Shown: positions 57,063-64,000 of the stretch, in pieces
Layout of the letters: every line of letters begins with the position of its first letter
How positions within the stretch are numbered: position 1 is the first letter of the stretch
Source of the DNA: Chthonomonadales bacterium
Lineage (GTDB): Bacteria > Armatimonadota > Chthonomonadetes > Chthonomonadales > CAJBBX01
Assembly: GCA_049967475.1 (NCBI GenBank)
Contig: JBMFSQ010000005.1
Coordinates: 55,172-119,171 of the forward strand
DNA length: 64,000 bases
Direction of reading: 5' to 3'
The notes under the pieces: model-generated
Seen by the model: only the letters and a program-made list of their open reading frames with translations
Database searches by the model: none
Told to the model about the DNA's origin: nothing
Position numbers and translations under genes: made by a program

Positions 57063-58954
57063 CACTGCCTGCTGCCTTGCGGAAGGAGCACCGCACCCCG
57101 CGGAGCCCAACGCATCCATACCAGAAAATCAGATCCTCTAGAAGACGCCGCGTAGAAAGGACAGAGGCGCACCCGCACCTTCTGCGGAGACCCTTCAGAA
57201 GGCACGACAGCATCCGCCTCGAATTGCGCATCCTCCTCGTCGCCCCCATGCGGCAGGATGCGCAAATGCAGATCCGAGGCAGTTTCCGCCCGCAGTGCTA
57301 CGTGTTCCACCGAAAGGCCCGGGTTCAGTGCAGCATCGGCAGCAAGCACCAGCGGCCCCCACATAACAGCCGCCCGCCCGGAATTGCCCCGGTCGCCCAA
57401 CCCCAGACGCACGGGAATGGCGATGCGCAGATCTACCCGGTCGCCCGCTCGCCACAATCGAGTGACACCAAGGTACTCCCCTCGCCGAACCCTGCCGGGC
57501 CACGGCCGGCCGTTCACATGCACTTGTACGTGATCCGACCACGCCGGTACGCGAAGAAGGAGGGTGAACCGCCGAGGGCGCGTGCCTGGGTCAATCCGCA
57601 GCGCAACATCGGGATCCAGAGGATAGCGCGTCTGCTGGCTGATGTGCACCGAACCGGGCGCCAGCGGAATGCGGGCAGCCGACGTACAATAGAAGTTGAC
57701 TGCGGGACCTCGGCTCGTCGCGCCATACACAAAGGTGGGCAGCAAAGCGATGCCCCTGGGGCCGCTGCTTAGGCAGCAACTCGTAGAAGTGCCGTAGGGT
57801 TTGCGGCCCTCCAAGGGGGTGTAGTAGCACCATGCCTCTCCCGAGGGCTTCTGAGCGCCCAGCAGGTGATTGTACACCGTGCGCTCCAGTTGATCTACAA
57901 AGCGCGCCTCACCCAGCAACCTCAAGAGCTGCACGTTGAATTGTTCCCAGGTCACCGTAACGCACGTTTCACAGATGGAAGCAGCCACTGTATTGGGCAG
58001 TACCCCATCGTCCTGCCATACCTCGAAACTGCTGCCACTTCCCGTAAGATAGAGGCGATGCCGGGTTATGTCCTCCCATGCTATGAGGGCATCGGTCAGG
58101 TATCGCCTCACCCCGGTCGCCCTGTAGAGTTCCAGAAGCCCGCAGAGGTTGGAAAGCATCTCATAGGCTTTGGCATTAGCCACCCGGCGAACGCTGTGGG
58201 TGCGCTCCAATGCGGAGAGAATGTGCGGCCCGCCAGGCTCCTCCCATTGGGCTACCAGATATCGGCCGAAATCCAGATACCGCCGATCTCCCGTGGCTCG
58301 ATACAGGAGCACGATGGGCTCCAGCACGCTGGTGGCCGCCATGCCCATGTGCGTTCCGGCGGAAAGGATATCCTGCTTTCCCGGCCCGAACCGCTTGAGG
58401 AGGAGATCGGCGGCTCTGCGTGCGGCATTGAGGGCGGCGCGGTTCCCCGTCGCCTGATAATATGCCAAAAGGCCCAGGATGCAGTACTTGTGAACCCATA
58501 CGTCCCAATCCGCTCCAGGATACAGGCCGAACCGCTTATCCGGAGTATACGTGCCCAGGTACCCATCGGCCTCCTGTGTGCGGATCAGCTCGCGCACGAC
58601 CCGGTCCATCTTCGCGCGAAGCAAGGGGTCATGTTCCGCGGCATAGGTGAGGGAAGCCGCATGGAGCCACTTGCCTACATGCTCTCCGACCCATGCTTGG
58701 GACCCCGGCCGGTGCCGAAAGCCGGATAGCAGCTCATCCTCGTCCACTGCCAGAAGCCGGTTGCGCGCATTGAGCCTCCAGCGAGCGCCCAACAAGCCAC
58801 CGAGCTGCACGTTACCCGGGGCAAGAAGATCCTCCCGATCCGCAACGACGGCGGTGTTGGGGAGCGCAAGCCCTGCAGGGTTCTGTTGAGCAACGGCTTC
58901 GGAACCCGCCGCTCCAACGCAAAGCACGAGTGCTACGATCGTCAAAACGCGCAT
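57062..58954 (-). CDS. Exported GH127-family glycoside hydrolase (beta-L-arabinofuranosidase-like)
   Basis: GEHVGKWL, CETC, ERTVYN, SCC; signal peptide. Confidence 0.87.
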   Translation of the reverse strand: MRVLTIVALVLCVGAAGSEAVAQQNPAGLALPNTAVVADREDLLAPGNVQLGGLLGARWRLNARNRLLAVDEDELLSGFRHRPGSQAWVGEHVGKWLHAASLTYAAEHDPLLRAKMDRVVRELIRTQEADGYLGTYTPDKRFGLYPGADWDVWVHKYCILGLLAYYQATGNRAALNAARRAADLLLKRFGPGKQDILSAGTHMGMAATSVLEPIVLLYRATGDRRYLDFGRYLVAQWEEPGGPHILSALERTHSVRRVANAKAYEMLSNLCGLLELYRATGVRRYLTDALIAWEDITRHRLYLTGSGSSFEVWQDDGVLPNTVAASICETCVTVTWEQFNVQLLRLLGEARFVDQLERTVYNHLLGAQKPSGEAWCYYTPLEGRKPYGTSTSCCLSSGPRGIALLPTFVYGATSRGPAVNFYCTSAARIPLAPGSVHISQQTRYPLDPDVALRIDPGTRPRRFTLLLRVPAWSDHVQVHVNGRPWPGRVRRGEYLGVTRLWRAGDRVDLRIAIPVRLGLGDRGNSGRAAVMWGPLVLAADAALNPGLSVEHVALRAETASDLHLRILPHGGDEEDAQFEADAVVPSEGSPQKVRVRLCPFYAASSRGSDFLVWMRWAPRGAVLLPQGSRQ

Positions 58955-59246
58955 GACACCCTCCGTCGTAATCCTGGGCTGTGCCAAACCAGATGAGCTC
59001 TCTACGCAGCTTCTAATTCTATGATGTTAGCCAGCATGAGTGTAAATTCCTCCGATACCCGCGGGATCCCACCCGGCCCCTCGGAAGCGCCGCTCCTTCA
59101 AACCGGCAGGAGTGCCGGGGTGAGGAACGTCGCCAATGCGGAATGGACCCCATGAGGAACCGAAACCATAGGTTCACAAAGACTACCTTGCACAACACTG
59201 CAGGGATGGTTTCCGGATCTCGAACCTGGAACGGAGGTGAACGAAC

Positions 59247-59462
59247 GTGGCGCAAATGGCGCGGTGCCCTCGATGCACTGCAATGAACATGGAACATCGG
59301 CGGACGTGTTGGAGGTGCAAGAGCACTCTGCCGCCGAGCTTTTATCTCGATGCGCGGTACCGGCGCAATCCCCTGCCGCCCGGCGTGCCGGGTACCCTTG
59401 CAGAGCGATCGCCGGTATGGCGAATGGTCAGCCGTATCTGCCACGCACTCGTGGAGCTGTAG
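59247..59462 (+). CDS. Small zinc-ribbon protein (hypothetical)
   Basis: RBS GGAGGTG; CPRC-x10-CWRC. Confidence 0.55.
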   Translation: MAQMARCPRCTAMNMEHRRTCWRCKSTLPPSFYLDARYRRNPLPPGVPGTLAERSPVWRMVSRICHALVEL

Positions 59463-61515
59463 TCCTATTGCCGTTGGGAGAGATCAGGCAAGGCCTTGCA
59501 TCCGATCGGAGGGATCGAGACATCGCGTAGGGTGCTTGCCTGCTCGCAGTGTCGCGGCAAATCCAGGGGCTGCCGGCGGACGCCACAAGGCCGGGCCGGC
59601 GATCTGGAAGAGGGATGGGCGGAGGCGCCGTCACCCGAATGACGCCTACGTCCATCTCCTTACGCCCATATCCCAAAAAGAGCGGACCCGGACCGCCGGT
59701 CACGTGGACGCGCCGTGAAAAAGGCTCGACGCGCACCCGAGGCGACGTGAAGATGAGGCGATAGGTGCCTGCAACAATGTGTTCCATGCGGAAGGTACCC
59801 GAGGCGTCCGTTTGGGCGCTGGCGGCGACCCAACGGAACCAGAAGGGGCGCACGATGCCGGGCGCTGCCTGCGTGCGGAACGCCTCCGGCACTGCAGAGG
59901 CCGGCACCAGTGCCACCTTTGCTCCGGCGAGCGGAGCGCCGTTGAGGAAGATGCGCCCAGTCAAACGGCCGCCGGCAAACATGGTGCGCTCATCCAGCAT
60001 CTGGGCCACCCGACCTTCGGGGATCTCTGCCCGGCGGTACCATAGCTGTGCCTTCTCTCTCCGGCCCAAGCGCGCGTAGATATCACCAACCACAATCCGC
60101 GCATCCCGCGTCAAATAAACCCACTCCCGCCCGCCGGCCAGCCGATCCGCGTAGTTCAGAACCTCCTCGGTAGCCGGAGCGCTCCGCAGCTTATCTAAGA
60201 ATAACCCCAAAAACTGCTGATCGGGGCAGTGGGTGAGCTTGGCATACTCTACTCGAAGGCATTCCTCGGGCCGCCAGCTAACGGTGGCAGCGTCGTGCCA
60301 TGTTCGAAAGGCAACCGCAGACAGAGAGGTAAGGTACCTGCGCCGGGCAAGAAAAGCCTCCACCCGTTTGGCAGCCTCAGGCGTGATCGCGGGCCCATCC
60401 ACTGCTTCGGCAAGGACGTTCATGGTGACGGCGCCTGCCGGACGCATGAGAAGCACGGTGTCGAACGCGGGAGCCCCAAGAGGCACTCCGGCAGCACGAG
60501 CCAGGCGGTTGGCAGCCACGGAATACCCGTTGGGAGCCATCTCTGCAAGGTCCCACGCATAGTCATAGCGGCTTGCCAGGATGCGCGGCGTGACTCGAAG
60601 GAAGACCAGGGTCAACGCCAACACGATCATCGGAACGGATCCTGCGCGCAGCCTTCCCGCTGCCGAGAGGCCCGGAAAGGCCAGGGCTGCCATCATCCCT
60701 CCTACTGAAAACTGCAGAGCCGCGGCAGCCCCCACCGCCAGGAGCGCCATTCGCATCCATGCCGGACTTCCGATGCCGCCCAGCGTGGTATAGAAGGAAA
60801 TGAGGCCGTCCGCACTGATGGTAGGGGCCATTCGGACAGCTATCGCTGCGCAACTGCCTGCGAGGGCCCCACTCACAATCAGTTCCCGCAACACCGCCGG
60901 GTCCTGAGGCAGCTCATAATTGCCGCTATCCAGATCTCCGGCCACTCCCCTGGAAGAGAGCAGCACCCAAGCAGCGGCGCCCAGAACCGCCAACCTCAGC
61001 CAAAGAGCCGGAAGGTTATCCCCAAGTAGCCGCCCAACACCAAACCAAAACGCCAAGGCAGGCAGCGCCGCAGTCACTACGATGAGAAACACTTTGATCA
61101 CCGGCTGAGTGTGCATATAGGTGTGCGTCAGAACGCTCAAGTTCCAATCCACACCGCTTGTGAGGCGGAATGTGGGGTTCAGCGCACGCAGGAGCCCATA
61201 CACTCCCACGAGCCACACGCCGATGCCCAAGGCCAGCACAGAGGCGGGTGAAAGATCGGCCAGCCTCCGGCAGAGCTCCTGGATTACGGGGCTCCACAAC
61301 AGGGCGCGAGGAACGGGAACCGTGTCCGGCACGTTTCCCATGGCGGCAAGCGGCGCATTGGCCTCAAGCAGAAGGCGGTAGGTAGCCACGCAGAGATCGA
61401 ACGCAGCTATGGAAGCGCCGAGGAGGCCGAACAGGAGGCCGTATCGCAGGCCGGCGGCTATGCTTGGCGCCCGGGCTGGGCCGCCATCAGCCGGTGGGGC
61501 AGAAGGAAAATCCAT
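59428..61515 (-). CDS. Large polytopic membrane protein with C-terminal TPR-like and Cna-like domains (hypothetical)
   Basis: Roughly 8 hydrophobic segments, then a helical repeat and GRLTGRIFLNGAPLAGAKVAL...TDASGTFRM; starts 1 nt after the moeA stop. Confidence 0.7.
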   Translation of the reverse strand: MDFPSAPPADGGPARAPSIAAGLRYGLLFGLLGASIAAFDLCVATYRLLLEANAPLAAMGNVPDTVPVPRALLWSPVIQELCRRLADLSPASVLALGIGVWLVGVYGLLRALNPTFRLTSGVDWNLSVLTHTYMHTQPVIKVFLIVVTAALPALAFWFGVGRLLGDNLPALWLRLAVLGAAAWVLLSSRGVAGDLDSGNYELPQDPAVLRELIVSGALAGSCAAIAVRMAPTISADGLISFYTTLGGIGSPAWMRMALLAVGAAAALQFSVGGMMAALAFPGLSAAGRLRAGSVPMIVLALTLVFLRVTPRILASRYDYAWDLAEMAPNGYSVAANRLARAAGVPLGAPAFDTVLLMRPAGAVTMNVLAEAVDGPAITPEAAKRVEAFLARRRYLTSLSAVAFRTWHDAATVSWRPEECLRVEYAKLTHCPDQQFLGLFLDKLRSAPATEEVLNYADRLAGGREWVYLTRDARIVVGDIYARLGRREKAQLWYRRAEIPEGRVAQMLDERTMFAGGRLTGRIFLNGAPLAGAKVALVPASAVPEAFRTQAAPGIVRPFWFRWVAASAQTDASGTFRMEHIVAGTYRLIFTSPRVRVEPFSRRVHVTGGPGPLFLGYGRKEMDVGVIRVTAPPPIPLPDRRPGLVASAGSPWICRDTASRQAPYAMSRSLRSDARPCLISPNGNRTTAPRVRGRYG

Positions 61516-61516
61516 C

Positions 61517-62782
61517 CTAGGGCGCCTGCCCTTCTCCATGCAGCACACCACCCGCCTGCGGAAGAGAGAGCAGCATTGCGCACACGTCGGCGCCTTCCGG
61601 TTGATCACCCGCATCAGCAGGAAGTACCACGAAGGCATTGGCCCCCAACAGGGATCGGATCATGCCGGAACCCTGTGGTCCGGTAGGCTCGGCCCAAAAG
61701 CTCCCGTCGCTCCACGTTACGCGCACGCGCACGTACTCTTCCCGGCCCGGCGCATGGCGGATGGCCTGCGTGAGCCTTGCGGACACGCGCGGCCGCTCCA
61801 ATTGGCTGCGCCCGCTCAGCTTCCAAAGCACAGGGCGTACAAATACCTCGAAGGTCACCATCGCCGATACCGGGTTACCGGGCAATCCGAAGAAGAGGCT
61901 CGTGCCTATCTGCCCCACCGCAATGGGCTTTCCCGGCTTCATAGCCACGCGCCACAATTGCAGGTGACCGATGCGTTCCAGCACCGGTTTCACAAAGTCC
62001 CTATCTCCAACGGACACGCCTCCCGAGCTGATGATCACATCGGCGGGGGCACCGCCTTCCATTCCAGCCGCGCTGCGAAGAGCCTCTTCCACCTGTTCCT
62101 CCAGATCCGGCACCCGAGCGATACTGAGGATCTCAGCGCCCGCATCCAAAGATGCTGCAGCCAGACTGAATGTGTTCGTGTCGCGGATCTGCCCCGGATC
62201 CGGGCGGATGGCGGGGTCTACGATCTCGTCTCCGGTGGCGATCAATGCAACCTTGGGCCGGCGAGTGCACAACGGTTCCGGGCACCCCGCCGCAGCCAAC
62301 GCCGCAATCTCCGGCGGGCCTATGACGGTCCCGGCTTGCACCAAGCGGACCCCCGATGTGTAGTCCTCCCCGCGGCGGCGCACGTGCATCCCCTGCTTTG
62401 CCGGCGCCAAAACCTGCACCCGAGAACCGGTGACGCGTACGTCCTCGATGGGCACGACGGCATCGGCACCGGGGGGTATGGGAGCGCCCGTCATGATACG
62501 CACACAGGCACCAGATCTCAACGCGGGACCAGGACCCTCGCCGGCCAGCACATCGCCCAGCGCCTCGAGGAGCACCGGGTTCGACGGCGATGCTGCTGCA
62601 ACATCCGCGGCGATGACCGCGTAGCCATCCATGGCGGAGTTATCGAAGGGTGGATTGTCTATATCCGCAGCGACATCTTGGGCTAACACGCGCCCCAGAG
62701 CTTGCAAAAGCGGCACGCGCTCGCCGGGCAGGGCCCGTACCTGATGAAGGAGAGCATGGAGCGCGTCTCGAACCGAAAGCAT
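61517..62782 (-). CDS. moeA: Molybdopterin molybdotransferase MoeA
   Basis: PPFDNSAMDGYA, IMTGAP, TGDE, SGGVSVGDRD, KPGKP, LPGNP. Confidence 0.96.
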   Translation of the reverse strand: MLSVRDALHALLHQVRALPGERVPLLQALGRVLAQDVAADIDNPPFDNSAMDGYAVIAADVAAASPSNPVLLEALGDVLAGEGPGPALRSGACVRIMTGAPIPPGADAVVPIEDVRVTGSRVQVLAPAKQGMHVRRRGEDYTSGVRLVQAGTVIGPPEIAALAAAGCPEPLCTRRPKVALIATGDEIVDPAIRPDPGQIRDTNTFSLAAASLDAGAEILSIARVPDLEEQVEEALRSAAGMEGGAPADVIISSGGVSVGDRDFVKPVLERIGHLQLWRVAMKPGKPIAVGQIGTSLFFGLPGNPVSAMVTFEVFVRPVLWKLSGRSQLERPRVSARLTQAIRHAPGREEYVRVRVTWSDGSFWAEPTGPQGSGMIRSLLGANAFVVLPADAGDQPEGADVCAMLLSLPQAGGVLHGEGQAP

Positions 62783-62878
62783 CGAGCATCCCTGGCGCCT
62801 CGGGCGCGGTCAATCGGAATAGGCAAGCACGCCCAAGTTCCACGAGGAAGCCTGCAATTCCTGCCGCGCTTCCTACAC

Positions 62879-62908
62879 TTGACACGCGCCGAACAGCGTG
62901 ACTATACT
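62879..62908 (+). promoter_or_regulatory. Sigma70 promoter for the tRNA pair
   Basis: TTGACA-N18-TATACT. Confidence 0.75.
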
Positions 62909-62936
62909 ATGCATCGGTGATATCCGCTGCGGATGT

Positions 62937-63009
62937 GCCGCGATAGCTCAGTTGGTAGAGCAGTGGACTGAAAATCCACGTGTCCCTGGTTCAAGTCCGG
63001 GTCGCGGCA
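62937..63009 (+). tRNA. tRNA-Phe (GAA), CCA not encoded
   Basis: Full cloverleaf: GCCGCGA/TCGCGGC, anticodon loop CTGAAAA, T-loop TTCAAGT. Confidence 0.97.
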
Positions 63010-63060
63010 CTCTTCCCGATCTCTCGCGTAGGAGCCGTATTGAGGGGATCAGGCGTATAG

Positions 63061-63132
63061 GCCGACGTGGCTCAGTGGTAGAGCAGCTCACTCGTAATGA
63101 GCAGGTCCGCGGTTCGAATCCGCGCGTCGGCT
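63061..63132 (+). tRNA. tRNA-Thr (CGT), CCA not encoded
   Basis: GCCGACG/CGTCGGC acceptor stem, anticodon loop CTCGTAA, T-loop TTCGAAT. Confidence 0.97.
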
Positions 63133-63317
63133 TTCCCAATTTGTGCTGCCTGTCCGCTGGGACCCGCTGGTGCATGTCCCCAGTGTCAGACCGGGGTCCT
63201 TTCGCGGGGGATTTTGCCCGCCCGCGTCGAGAGGGCCGACGGCGTTTATTGAACACCCCTCTCTTCCCCGAACAGCGCTCGGATGGCCCACCGTGCGTTC
63301 AATCACGGCAAAATGTG

Positions 63318-63346
63318 TTGACATATTTCTGCATCTGGGATATACT
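63318..63346 (+). promoter_or_regulatory. Sigma70 promoter of gyrB
   Basis: TTGACA-N17-TATACT. Confidence 0.8.
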
Positions 63347-63412
63347 AAACGTGCCCGCCAACCCCACCGCAATGCTTTGGCTCGCCCCGTAGAGGAGGGA
63401 TGAAAACGCACG

Positions 63413-64000
63413 ATGACCCCTGACCCCGATGCCCTCGCGGCTCAAACCGCTCCCCAGACGACGGCAGACGACCAAATGACGGCGGATTTCCAAAGGGTCA
63501 CGGGCGAATACAACGCCCAACAGATCCAGGTTCTTGAAGGGCTGGAAGCCGTCCGCCGGCGCCCGGCAATGTACATCGGAGGCACCGATCTCAAGGGGCT
63601 CCACCATCTGTTCGTTGAAGTGAGCGACAATGCCATTGACGAAGCCATGGCAGGCTTCTGCACCCGCATTGACGTCACGCTCCATCGTGACGGAAGCATC
63701 TCGGTATTGGACAACGGGCGCGGCATCCCCGTGGATATCAATGAACAGACCGGTTTGCCCGGAGTGGAGCTTGCCCTCACGCGACTGCACGCCGGCGGCA
63801 AGTTCGACAGCGGTTCGTACAAAGTGTCCGGCGGCCTTCACGGTGTAGGCGTGTCGTGCGTGAATGCCGTGTCCGAATGGCTTACCGTAGACGTGTGGCG
63901 CGGCGGCAAGCGGTACCGTATCGGCTTCAGCCGAGGCGTCACCACGGAACCCCTTCATGTGGTGGAAGAAGCCCCGCCTGACCGCACGGGGACTCTGGTG
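63413..64000 (+). CDS. gyrB: DNA gyrase subunit B, 5' part (runs off window; ParE not excluded)
   Basis: Manual translation: [53 protein letters not shown]. Confidence 0.9.
   Translation, partial: MTPDPDALAAQTAPQTTADDQMTADFQRVTGEYNAQQIQVLEGLEAVRRRPAMYIGGTDLKGLHHLFVEVSDNAIDEAMAGFCTRIDVTLHRDGSISVLDNGRGIPVDINEQTGLPGVELALTRLHAGGKFDSGSYKVSGGLHGVGVSCVNAVSEWLTVDVWRGGKRYRIGFSRGVTTEPLHVVEEAPPDRTGTLV

Noticed and set aside
62937..63132. tRNA genes lacking encoded CCA
   Set aside because: Common in many bacterial phyla.
1..64000. CRISPR arrays, IS elements, prophage, toxin-antitoxin or retron genes
   Set aside because: No regularly spaced repeats and no transposase, integrase, reverse transcriptase or phage-like ORFs recognised by eye.

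Overview
GC-rich bacterial chromosome segment made mostly of housekeeping genes. It is probably from an Armatimonadota-like diderm; this is inferred from the [30 protein letters not shown] / H-X9-DG prepilin-like proteins, Lpt/LolA-like proteins and gene order, not from a database search. It holds sugar ABC genes, a NifB/NifX-DUF5320-COG1149 cluster, an ECF metal transporter operon, glyQ, murF, ddl, tmRNA, a pilB-pilC-pilin locus, nadK, VKOR/DsbA, degP, a family B DNA polymerase, rph, rpmH-rnpA-yidD-yidC-jag, dnaG-rpoD-folB, nadA, moeA, tRNA-Phe, tRNA-Thr and the 5' end of gyrB. No transposase, integrase, prophage or CRISPR array was seen. The most notable signals are: (1) an NAD+-I (nadA-motif)-like riboswitch aptamer before nadA, joined to an unassigned upstream RNA domain that can form a competing helix; (2) a NikR-type operator on the promoter of an operon whose first gene is a His/Cys-rich prepilin-like protein, followed by FmdE and an ECF transporter; (3) a thioredoxin-fold gene with in-frame UGA at the catalytic W-U-G-G-C site and a SECIS-like hairpin; (4) an 832-bp tandem duplication of the pilin gene; (5) an orphan CcrM-like methyltransferase. 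Start codons were chosen by eye from ribosome-binding sites, overlaps and family N-termini.
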